From: Cryomorphaceae bacterium BACL11 MAG-121001-bin54
GTDB lineage: Bacteria > Bacteroidota > Bacteroidia > Flavobacteriales > BACL11
DNA: 64,000 bases
Direction: 5' to 3'
Assembly: GCA_905182255.1 (NCBI GenBank)
Contig: CAJJAH010000001.1
Coordinates: 345,508-409,507 of the forward strand
The notes under the pieces are model-generated. The model was not told the DNA's origin, did not search any database, and was given only the letters and a program-made list of their open reading frames with translations. Every line of letters begins with the position of its first letter. Position 1 is the stretch's first letter. The translations under genes were made by a program, and so were the position numbers. This document shows positions 29,484-37,842 of the stretch, piece by piece.

Positions 29484-30042
29484 AAAAAGATGCAATTGGC
29501 CTAAGGATGATACGCTCTATCTGGAGTACCATGACAAAGAATGGGGCGTTCCTGTTTATGAGGATGCCAAGATATTTGAATTTTTATTATTAGAAACTTT
29601 TCAAGCAGGACTAAGTTGGATTACGATACTTAGAAGAAGAGAAAAATTTCGATTGGCTTTTGATTATTTTGATTTTCAAAAAATTGCTAATTACACGGAT
29701 GAAAAACTAGCTGAATTAAAGCTAGATGCTGGAATTATTAGAAATACCTTAAAAATAAAAGCAGCCAAAACAAATGCTATTGCTTTTATAGCAGTGCAAA
29801 AAGAGTTTGGGACTTTTAGTAAATACCTTTGGGACTTTGTAGATGGAAAGGCTGTACAAAACAACTTTACCAATATGAGTGAAATGCCTGCCAATACACC
29901 TTTATCGGATAAAATAAGTAAAGATTTAAAGAGTAGAGGATTTAAGTTTGTAGGCTCAACTATTGTTTACGCACACATGCAAGCCATGGGCATTGTAAAC
30001 GACCATACCACAGCTTGTTTTAGACATAAAGAAGTTAGTTAA
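29470..30042 (+). CDS. tag: DNA-3-methyladenine glycosylase I
   Basis: 190 aa. C.W.......YHD.EWG.P motif, ETFQAGLSW, and a C-terminal zinc ligand pattern (H..C). Confidence 0.92.
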   Translation: MDTTKKRCNWPKDDTLYLEYHDKEWGVPVYEDAKIFEFLLLETFQAGLSWITILRRREKFRLAFDYFDFQKIANYTDEKLAELKLDAGIIRNTLKIKAAKTNAIAFIAVQKEFGTFSKYLWDFVDGKAVQNNFTNMSEMPANTPLSDKISKDLKSRGFKFVGSTIVYAHMQAMGIVNDHTTACFRHKEVS

Positions 30043-30173
30043 AATTGGGGGATTTCCCCATTTTACTCAACAAAAACCTTCTTTACCACAGTACCATCAC
30101 TATAGATATAAAATTGAAACCAGTCCAACATTGAGTTACATTATTCAACACAAAACTCCCATTAAGTACTAAG

Positions 30174-30208
30174 TTCTGTTGTGCTTTAATGGTAAAAGCA
30201 CAACAGAA
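30174..30208. other. Perfect 14-bp inverted repeat hairpin between convergent genes (possible U-tract-less terminator)
   Basis: TTCTGTTGTGCTTT-aatggta-AAAGCACAACAGAA. It lies 132 nt after the tag stop and 40 nt after the SPFH gene stop. No flanking T-run on either strand. Confidence 0.5.
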
Positions 30209-30247
30209 TAGTAATGTTATAAGGCTTAATTAATCAATAATTAGTTT

Positions 30248-31171
30248 CTATTTCTTAGGCTTTTTCATTGCATCCACTGCCAATAAACTACTTTGAATTT
30301 GCATTTGTAAGTCGCCAACATTATCAGGCGAGTAAGGCATAAATATAGTACTCGTATTATTTTCAGAAAGCTTAGCAACCGTTTCATAATGTTGAGTCAT
30401 AAATAGCATATTCATAACATCTTGACTAGTAACATGGTCCTCCATAGCTAGCTTTACCTCAGCAACTGATTCTTTCAATCCGTTAGCAATAGCAATTCGC
30501 TGTAAGGCTATACCTTCCCCAGCCAAACGCTTACTTTCAGCATCCGCCTCTGCAGCTGCAATTACTCTAATTTTTGCTGCAGCAGCCTCCTCTTTAGCAG
30601 CTTCTTTCATTCGCTTAGCTGCATTAATTTCATTCATTGCATGTTTAACCTTTGCATCAGGGTCAATATCAGTAACCAAAGCTTTTATAAAGTCGAAACC
30701 AAATTGTTGCATAGTTTCCGAAAGCTCATTTTTAACTGCTATTGCAATTTTATCCTTTTCGGCAAATACTGCATCCAATTCCATTTTTGGCACTTCAGAA
30801 CGAATAGAATCAAATACATAAGATTGAATTTGACGTTCAGGATTATTTAACTTATAAAAAGAATTTTCTATACCATCAATAGAATCAACAACAAAAAATT
30901 GAACAGAGACAATAATCTTAACGAATACATCATCCTTAGTTTTGGTTTCCACCTCAACAGGCAATTCTCTAACTCTCAAATTAATATCGCCTGCAATACT
31001 GTCAATTAAGGGAATTTTAAACTGCAGTCCTGCCCCAGATACTTTATGAAACTTACCTAAACGCTCAATAACAACTGCTGTTTGCTGCTTTACCATATAT
31101 AAAGTTCCTTTTAGCAAGAAAAGGCCAATTATGATGTAAATTATGTTTCCGAAAATAATATTTGTATCCAT
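30248..31171 (-). CDS. SPFH/band-7 (stomatin/prohibitin-like) domain protein
   Basis: 307 aa. N-terminal TM, SPFH core (VVIERLGKFHKV..GL.FKIP.ID), Ala/Glu-rich coiled coil. Confidence 0.85.
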   Translation of the reverse strand: MDTNIIFGNIIYIIIGLFLLKGTLYMVKQQTAVVIERLGKFHKVSGAGLQFKIPLIDSIAGDINLRVRELPVEVETKTKDDVFVKIIVSVQFFVVDSIDGIENSFYKLNNPERQIQSYVFDSIRSEVPKMELDAVFAEKDKIAIAVKNELSETMQQFGFDFIKALVTDIDPDAKVKHAMNEINAAKRMKEAAKEEAAAAKIRVIAAAEADAESKRLAGEGIALQRIAIANGLKESVAEVKLAMEDHVTSQDVMNMLFMTQHYETVAKLSENNTSTIFMPYSPDNVGDLQMQIQSSLLAVDAMKKPKK

Positions 31172-31205
31172 TTTTTATTGTTTTAAATTGTTTTAAATTT
31201 TAACT

Positions 31206-31213
31206 CAAATATA
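31206..31213 (-). promoter_or_regulatory. Putative -7 box (TAnnTTTG) for the SPFH gene
   Basis: Minus-strand TATATTTG, 34 nt upstream of the ATG at 31171. The leader contains a 10-nt tandem duplication, plus-strand attgttttaa x2 (31177..31196). Confidence 0.45.
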
Positions 31214-31216
31214 CGT

Positions 31217-31245
31217 AAAAAAAAGGAGCCAATTGGCTCCTTAAT
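31217..31245 (-). terminator. Rho-independent terminator ending the pabB-tilS-dsbD-M42 gene string
   Basis: Minus strand: GGAGCC-aatt-GGCTCC followed by TTTTTTTT, starting 8 nt after the stop at 31248. Confidence 0.8.
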
Positions 31246-31247
31246 TT

Positions 31248-32336
31248 TTATTTCAAATATCTAAAATCATGATTATTTTTAATTTTTTGTAACGATTCAT
31301 AAATCAATCGGATTACATCTTCAACATCATCCTTATGTACAGTTTCAACTGTGGTATGCATATACCTTAACGCAAGCGATATTAAAGAAGAAGCAACCCC
31401 ACCAGTTGAGTAGGCAAAAGCATCCGTATCCGTACCTGTAGCACGAGAAGCAGCCATTCTCTGGTAAGGAATTTTATTCTTTTCAGCAGTATTAATAATT
31501 AACTCCAATAAATTATTTTGGACTGCAGGGCCATAAGTCAATACCGGACCTGCTCCACATTTTGTATCTCCTTGTTTTATTTTATCAATCATTGGTGTAC
31601 CTGTATCATGACAAACATCCGTTACAATAGCAACATCAGGTCTTATCGTATCCACAATCATTTGTGCTCCTCTTAAGCCTACTTCCTCCTGTACCGAGTT
31701 AGTAATGTATAATCCAAAAGGTAATTTTACTTTATTTTCCTTTAACAAACGAGCCACCTCAGCAATCATAAAACCTCCTATACGATTATCCAATGCTCTA
31801 CCTACATAAAAGTTTTTATTCAAAATCATGAATTCATCCTCATAAGTAACCACACAACCTACATGAATTCCTAGTCCCTCAACCTCATCCTTATCCTTAG
31901 CTCCACAGTCCAAAAAGATATTATCTAACTTAGGGGATTTTTCAGTTGCTCCACTTCTAGTATGAATTGCTGGCCAACCAAATACAGCCTTAACCATTCC
32001 TTTTTTGGTATGTATATTTACTCTTTTGGAGGGAGCAATCTGATGATCAGAACCACCATTTCTTCTTAGGTAAATAAATCCATCTTTAGTAATATAATGC
32101 ACAAACCAAGAAATTTCATCAGCATGAGCTTCAATAACAACCTTATATTTTGCCTCAGGGTTTATCACCCCAACTACAGTTCCGTAAGTATCTACAAAAT
32201 GCTCATCGATGTATGGGTTAATGTACTCCAACCACAATTTTTGCCCCCCACTCTCAAAGCCTGTTGGAGATGGGTTATTTAAATATTTTTTTAAAAAAGC
32301 TTCTGACTTTTTAGTGATAATTTTCTTCTTTGCCAT
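31248..32336 (-). CDS. M42 family metallopeptidase (glutamyl aminopeptidase / FrvX-like)
   Basis: 362 aa. Metal-ligand motifs HADEI, ALDNR, QEEVGLRGA and a C-terminal H in RYMHT. Confidence 0.85.
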   Translation of the reverse strand: MAKKKIITKKSEAFLKKYLNNPSPTGFESGGQKLWLEYINPYIDEHFVDTYGTVVGVINPEAKYKVVIEAHADEISWFVHYITKDGFIYLRRNGGSDHQIAPSKRVNIHTKKGMVKAVFGWPAIHTRSGATEKSPKLDNIFLDCGAKDKDEVEGLGIHVGCVVTYEDEFMILNKNFYVGRALDNRIGGFMIAEVARLLKENKVKLPFGLYITNSVQEEVGLRGAQMIVDTIRPDVAIVTDVCHDTGTPMIDKIKQGDTKCGAGPVLTYGPAVQNNLLELIINTAEKNKIPYQRMAASRATGTDTDAFAYSTGGVASSLISLALRYMHTTVETVHKDDVEDVIRLIYESLQKIKNNHDFRYLK

Positions 32337-32353
32337 TATTTAAATTTTATTTT

Positions 32354-34288
32354 CTATTTATTAAATTGTTGGAGACCTCTGCTTAACCAATCAGCAAACA
32401 AATCTACTGTCCCATAATCTTGGTAGTTGGCATTTTCGACTAATGGTTCTTCATCATGATTTAAAAACACGTAATACGGTTGTGAATTAGTCCCGTAATT
32501 ATTGGCTTGCAATACCATCCATTTATCTCCAGTGGTTTTTACTTTTTTAATTTTTCCTGCCATTGTCGTTTCGTACTGCTGCTCCTTTGGAAGGTCAATT
32601 CTTTCATCAACATATAATGAAATTAAGACCACATCATTAGCAAGGGTATTTTTCACATGAGCAGCTGACCAAACTTGTTCTTCCATCTTACGACAATTCA
32701 CACATGCGTGCCCTGTAAAATCCAATACCACGGGCTTATTTATTTTTTTAGCATGAGCCATTCCAATATCATAATCATGAAAAACAAGAATTCCTTGAGG
32801 CCCTAAATGCTGACCATCTTCTTCATGAGCTGAAATAGCATTACCTCCTTGAGAGTTTCCTACACCATAAGGAGATTCACTGTATTGCATAGGTGGTGGA
32901 AAAGCATTAATTATCTTCAGTGGTGCACCCCACATACCAGGAATCATGTACAAAGTTAAAGTACCCGTTAAAATAGCAGCACTCAAACGACCAACAGAAA
33001 CATATTTTAAATCCGAATCATGGGCAAACTTTAAGAATCCTAGCAAGTACACAGTCAGCAGTCCAAAAATCATAATCCATATTGCAATAAATAACTCGCG
33101 TTCCAACCAATGAGTCTGCATTACTAAATCCGCATTCGACAAGAATTTGAAAGCTAATGCAATTTCTAAAAATCCTAAAGTTACTTTTACTGAATTTAGC
33201 CATCCTCCTGATTGAGGTAAAGAGTTTAACCATCCTGGGAAGGCTGCAAATAAAGCAAATGGTAAAGCAATGGCTAATGAAAAACCGAGCATACCAATAA
33301 TTGGGCCCATATACCCTCCTGATGCCGCTTCAACTAGTAAAGTTCCTACAATTGGTCCTGTGCAAGAAAAAGAAACTAAAGCTAAAGTGAAAGCCATAAA
33401 GAAGATGCCAATTAAACCTCCTTTCCCTTCCGCCTCAACACTTTTGTTTGTCCAAGAGGATGGTAATTGAATTTCGAAAGCCCCTAAAAAAGAAGCTGCA
33501 AAAACAATCAACAATATAAAAAATCCAATATTAAAATAAACATTAGTCGCCATATTATTTAAAGCATCAGCCCCAAATATTGAAGAAACACCAACTCCTA
33601 AAGCAACATAAATTGCAATAATAGAAAGTCCGTAAATAATAGCATTTGCAATTCCTTGCGCTTTTGTTTTGGACTGCTTAGTGAAAAAAGAAACCGTCAT
33701 AGGTATCATAGGGAAAACACAAGGAGTTAGCAAAGCTGCAAAACCACTTATAAAGGCAATAAAAAAGAGTGCCCACATGCTTTTTCCTTCTTTTTCATCA
33801 GAAGTATTTTTTGTATCTTCAACAATAACACCTCCATCAACACCTTTTATTTCAAAAGAAAACTCTACCTCTTCAGGTGGCAAACATTGAGCTTCATCAC
33901 ATACCATAAAGTAAACATTTCCATCTAAATTAAAATCTTCAGCGGAAGAAACTTGTACTATTTGCGTGAAAATAGCTTCATTTTTAAAGTACTTTAGAAT
34001 CATGTCAAAATTAGGGTCAAACTCTTCAATTGGCATGCCTTCATTAGGAATTCCAACTAATGAATAAGCACCTTGAGTTGTAAAAGAAAACTCTGTAGGT
34101 ACAGGCCCATCATCATCAATAAATTGAGAATATAAATACCAACCATCATCAATAGTTGCTTTGAACTGCAATTCTATTTCATTATCCGACACTTGTTTTT
34201 GAGAAAAATCCCAAGAAACAGGAGTAAAAATTTGTGCTGATGTAATCACACTCAGAAGTGTAAAAAATAGGATGAAAATTTTCTTCAT
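32354..34288 (-). CDS. dsbD: Thiol:disulfide interchange protein DsbD-like (N-terminal DsbD-alpha-like domain, CcdA-type membrane core, C-terminal thioredoxin domain)
   Basis: 644 aa. Signal peptide, VCDEAQC, a TM core with LTPCVFPMIP and SFSCTGP cysteines, and a C-terminal thioredoxin motif HACVNC. Confidence 0.85.
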   Translation of the reverse strand: MKKIFILFFTLLSVITSAQIFTPVSWDFSQKQVSDNEIELQFKATIDDGWYLYSQFIDDDGPVPTEFSFTTQGAYSLVGIPNEGMPIEEFDPNFDMILKYFKNEAIFTQIVQVSSAEDFNLDGNVYFMVCDEAQCLPPEEVEFSFEIKGVDGGVIVEDTKNTSDEKEGKSMWALFFIAFISGFAALLTPCVFPMIPMTVSFFTKQSKTKAQGIANAIIYGLSIIAIYVALGVGVSSIFGADALNNMATNVYFNIGFFILLIVFAASFLGAFEIQLPSSWTNKSVEAEGKGGLIGIFFMAFTLALVSFSCTGPIVGTLLVEAASGGYMGPIIGMLGFSLAIALPFALFAAFPGWLNSLPQSGGWLNSVKVTLGFLEIALAFKFLSNADLVMQTHWLERELFIAIWIMIFGLLTVYLLGFLKFAHDSDLKYVSVGRLSAAILTGTLTLYMIPGMWGAPLKIINAFPPPMQYSESPYGVGNSQGGNAISAHEEDGQHLGPQGILVFHDYDIGMAHAKKINKPVVLDFTGHACVNCRKMEEQVWSAAHVKNTLANDVVLISLYVDERIDLPKEQQYETTMAGKIKKVKTTGDKWMVLQANNYGTNSQPYYVFLNHDEEPLVENANYQDYGTVDLFADWLSRGLQQFNK

Positions 34289-34290
34289 AT

Positions 34291-34767
34291 TTATTTTAAT
34301 TTATCTTTTATAACTCGTGTTAATTCTTCAGATTTTTGACTTCCAATAAGATAAATCAAACCATCTTTATCAGTTAGTTCAACAGCATCAATTCCTCTTG
34401 TATAAAATCGAATTGTTCCCTTTAGGTGCAAGTTGTAAACGGAGCGATTCAAAAAATATTTGCTATATTTTACTTTTTTAACAGATACAATGCTTGCGGT
34501 GTCTATTTTTATTTTTCTAGAAGTCCAAAGCCCATCTAGGATGATGCTTCCGTTTTTCACTTTAGTTTCAAAATGCAGTATAAATAATAGCAATGTTGAA
34601 ATGACCATTATTCCTATCCCAATAAAGAAGTAAAGCTCTCCCGCCTTATCGTGATTCTCTCTCCAATAATAAGCAACTAAACAAAAAATTGCCAATGACA
34701 TTCTTCTACTAAGAGACATTTTATTAAGCCCCAAATATTGTTTTTCTATAAAATCAAACTCTGACAT
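34291..34767 (-). CDS. Hypothetical membrane protein (two TM segments plus a small cytoplasmic beta domain)
   Basis: 158 aa. Two hydrophobic spans. Tightly packed between tilS and dsbD (gaps of 12 and 2 nt). No family recognised. Confidence 0.45.
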   Translation of the reverse strand: MSEFDFIEKQYLGLNKMSLSRRMSLAIFCLVAYYWRENHDKAGELYFFIGIGIMVISTLLLFILHFETKVKNGSIILDGLWTSRKIKIDTASIVSVKKVKYSKYFLNRSVYNLHLKGTIRFYTRGIDAVELTDKDGLIYLIGSQKSEELTRVIKDKLK

Positions 34768-34779
34768 TCCTCTATAAAT

Positions 34780-36084
34780 TTAAAGTTGTGCAATGTACAC
34801 TTTTTTTGTATTGCTTTCTAGCTTATACCTTTCGTCAATTCTCCAGCCCAGCACCCAAACAACATCAACACCAGAACATAACAGCCACTGCTCTTGTTTA
34901 TCTATTATTGAAAATTTATTATCAATGAAAAAATCACTTAATTTCTTAAATTTATTCATTCCTAATGGCATGAACTTATCTCCTTCTTTCCACTTGCGTA
35001 AAGTTAAAGGGAATTTTAATTTTTCAACATCCAATTGGGCGATATTATTATCATAAATAATAGTTTTATCAGCCATAACTTTAAAATTTATTTCTAGCGG
35101 ATGAACTAAACTTGTAGTTTTTTCAGTAATCTCAAAAACCTCATTTTCTTTATTTAAAAGAGAGATAAAAATATTTTCTCTGTCTACTACTAACTGATGA
35201 GTAGATGAAAAAAACTGTTTTCCACTTTGTCCCTGCAATGCTTTTGAAATTGCCTCCACAGCACAGAAACCATAAGCAGATAATAATTCATATAAATAGC
35301 TATGGAGGGGTTTTAGCGCTAATAAAGCTGAAATTTCAAGCTGCACAATTCCATTTTTTTCTTGAGTTAAATCTTTTCTTACTTCTTCAACTTTAGAAGT
35401 ATAAATGTTAGCAACACCTTCCAAAATTCTCATCTCATCCTTTACAGTTTGCTGAATACTTGGGTTCATTTGGGCTAACAAAGGTATTAACTCATGCCTT
35501 ATTTTATTGCGCAAATACTTAACAGAAGCATTACTACTATCCTCTCTAAAAACTAAGCCTCTATCTTTCAGATACTTCTCAATTTCTAATCGTGAAACTG
35601 AAAGTAAAGGCCTAACAATTGCATTATTTTTTTCTTTAATCCCTAAAAAACCTTTTAACCCTGATCCTCTTACTAAATTAATAAAAAAGGTTTCTACATC
35701 ATCATTAGAATGATGAGCAATGGCTAAGTATTTAGCGCTTGACTTAATTCGTAATTTCTCAAACCATCCATATCTTAAATCACGAGCTGCCATTTGTGTA
35801 GAAATCTTATTTTCAGCAGCATAAACTAAAGTATCAAACTGTTTTACATGCAGTTTTAGCTGGTGTTCTTTTGCTAATTCTTGAACAAAATATTCATCAG
35901 CATCCGATTCTTCTCCTCTCAAATTAAAATTACAATGTGCTAATTCAAATGAATACCCTAATTCAAGTAAAACATGCATTAAACAAATGCTATCAGCACC
36001 CCCACTTATGCCTAGAATAAGCTTATCTTCTCTTATAAAAAGAGATTTTTCATTAATAAATTGCTGGACTTTATCTTTCATCAA
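34780..36084 (-). CDS. tilS: tRNA(Ile)-lysidine synthetase
   Basis: 434 aa. PP-loop LILGISGGADS and the TilS substrate-binding C-terminal domain pattern. Confidence 0.92.
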   Translation of the reverse strand: MMKDKVQQFINEKSLFIREDKLILGISGGADSICLMHVLLELGYSFELAHCNFNLRGEESDADEYFVQELAKEHQLKLHVKQFDTLVYAAENKISTQMAARDLRYGWFEKLRIKSSAKYLAIAHHSNDDVETFFINLVRGSGLKGFLGIKEKNNAIVRPLLSVSRLEIEKYLKDRGLVFREDSSNASVKYLRNKIRHELIPLLAQMNPSIQQTVKDEMRILEGVANIYTSKVEEVRKDLTQEKNGIVQLEISALLALKPLHSYLYELLSAYGFCAVEAISKALQGQSGKQFFSSTHQLVVDRENIFISLLNKENEVFEITEKTTSLVHPLEINFKVMADKTIIYDNNIAQLDVEKLKFPLTLRKWKEGDKFMPLGMNKFKKLSDFFIDNKFSIIDKQEQWLLCSGVDVVWVLGWRIDERYKLESNTKKVYIAQL

Positions 36085-37378
36085 ATTGAAAATTTAACAC
36101 CTCAAAAATAGGCCTTATCTTTACCAAACACTCCTCATATTCATCATTCGCATCGGATTTAATCGTAATTGCACCACCAACAGCCACTGACAAGTATTTT
36201 GTACTTGCATTATACAAAATTGTTCTGATAACAACATTAAAATCAAAATCTCCTTTTGGAGTAATATAACCAATTGCTCCAGAAAAAATACCCCTTTTAA
36301 ACTCCTCTAATTGCTCAATAAGTTCCATTGCTCTAAGTTTAGGGACGCCTGTCATGGAACCCATAGGGAAAACTGACTTTAATATTTGACTTAAATTAAT
36401 GTCATCATCTACCTTTGACGATATAGTGCTAATCATCTGATGTACTTTTTTAAAAGTATAAACACCACATAATTCCTCCACCTTTACACTTGCTTTACTA
36501 GCTGTAATTGACAAATCATTTCTTACCAAATCAACAATCATTACATTTTCTGAAATTTCTTTTTCACTTTCAATAAGTTCCTTTATTAAGGCACTATCTT
36601 CAGCTAAATCACTCCCTCTCTTCCTTGTTCCTTTTATAGGCTGTGAAATAATTTTATTACCTGATTTTTTAATAAATCGTTCTGGGCTAGCACACATTAT
36701 ATTCAAATCATTTAGCTTTAAAAAAGAGGCAAAGGGTGTTTTTGCATTTAAATTTAACCCCCTAAATACTTGCTGAGGATTAAGCAATACTTGATCAGAA
36801 AAAAACTCCTGACAATAATTTACTTCATAAATATCCCCTCTTTGAATATGCTTTTTAATCACTCCAATTTTTTCTAAATATTTTGCTTTAGTATCTCTTT
36901 GCTTTAACTCTACAGCATTGCTTTTATCCTCCCAATTTAATTGTTCATAGACTATAAATTGCTGGCAATCTTCCTTACTCTCATAGCTCTGAACTTCCAG
37001 TGTATTGCCTTTTAATAATAATACATACTTAGGAATAAAAAAAAATAAGCTGGCTGCATTTATCCCATCATCATTATTAGAAGCCAACTGCTCTACTTCA
37101 TTCTTCAAATCATAAGAGAGGTAGCCAAATAACCAATCCCTATGCTTATCATGAAAATTTTGCAATGCATTAAAAGAATCAATATCAACGTTAAGTATTT
37201 CAAGAGCATCTACACCTGCAATCAAATCGTAATTAATATAATCAGCAGGCAAGCTAGTATGATTCTTCATTCTATTAGAATCCAAAATGCTAACATAATT
37301 AAGCACTTGGCTTTTATAAAGCAATAACTTAATTAACTCACTTGGCTTATCAATCTTAAATGTATACGAGAATCTCAC
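36071..37378 (-). CDS. pabB: Aminodeoxychorismate synthase component I (chorismate-binding enzyme family)
   Basis: 435 aa. PERF, PIKGT..R, and VFPMGSMTG.PK...ME.I...E motifs of the TrpE/PabB family. GTG start. Overlaps tilS by 14 nt. Confidence 0.78.
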   Translation of the reverse strand: MRFSYTFKIDKPSELIKLLLYKSQVLNYVSILDSNRMKNHTSLPADYINYDLIAGVDALEILNVDIDSFNALQNFHDKHRDWLFGYLSYDLKNEVEQLASNNDDGINAASLFFFIPKYVLLLKGNTLEVQSYESKEDCQQFIVYEQLNWEDKSNAVELKQRDTKAKYLEKIGVIKKHIQRGDIYEVNYCQEFFSDQVLLNPQQVFRGLNLNAKTPFASFLKLNDLNIMCASPERFIKKSGNKIISQPIKGTRKRGSDLAEDSALIKELIESEKEISENVMIVDLVRNDLSITASKASVKVEELCGVYTFKKVHQMISTISSKVDDDINLSQILKSVFPMGSMTGVPKLRAMELIEQLEEFKRGIFSGAIGYITPKGDFDFNVVIRTILYNASTKYLSVAVGGAITIKSDANDEYEECLVKIRPIFEVLNFQFDER

Positions 37379-37382
37379 TTTG

Positions 37383-37390
37383 CAAAAATA
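37383..37390 (-). promoter_or_regulatory. Putative -7 box (TAnnTTTG) 4 nt upstream of the annotated pabB GTG
   Basis: Minus-strand TATTTTTG, then caaa, then GTG (37378). Confidence 0.45.
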
Positions 37391-37415
37391 GGAAAAGCAA
37401 ACTCATTTTATTTTA

Positions 37416-37423
37416 TATTTTTG
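37416..37423 (+). promoter_or_regulatory. Putative -7 box (TAnnTTTG) 4 nt upstream of the SPOR gene ATG
   Basis: TATTTTTG, then aggg, then ATG (37428). Confidence 0.45.
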
Positions 37424-37427
37424 AGGG

Positions 37428-37838
37428 ATGAAAAAAATACTCTTCATATTTATTGCTTTACCTTTTATTTTAGTAGCACAAACTGATACTACTTTCAATG
37501 AAAACAAAGAGATTACTAGTGTAAATGAACAAGGAATAGATGCCCTATTTCATAAATACAAAAACATTTTAAAAGCCAAAAATGGAGTAGAAGGTTGGCG
37601 TGTTCAACTACTTTTTAAAGCCAAACAAAAAGAAATAATGCAATTAAAAATTAATTTTATTAGGCTGTACCCAGAAATTCCAGCTTATTTGGAATATGAC
37701 GCCCCTTATTATAGAGTTAGGGTAGGTAACTTTAGAACAAAACTAGAGGCTATAAAAGTAAAGCACCAGATAAGTAGAAAATTTCCTGGCGCTTATCCTG
37801 TTAGGGATATTATTAATTTTTCTCAATTAAAAAAATAA
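37428..37838 (+). CDS. SPOR domain-containing protein (secreted, peptidoglycan binding)
   Basis: 136 aa. Signal peptide and a C-terminal GWRVQL...YRVRVGNFRTKLEA SPOR-like pattern. Confidence 0.65.
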   Translation: MKKILFIFIALPFILVAQTDTTFNENKEITSVNEQGIDALFHKYKNILKAKNGVEGWRVQLLFKAKQKEIMQLKINFIRLYPEIPAYLEYDAPYYRVRVGNFRTKLEAIKVKHQISRKFPGAYPVRDIINFSQLKK

Positions 37839-37842
37839 GAAT

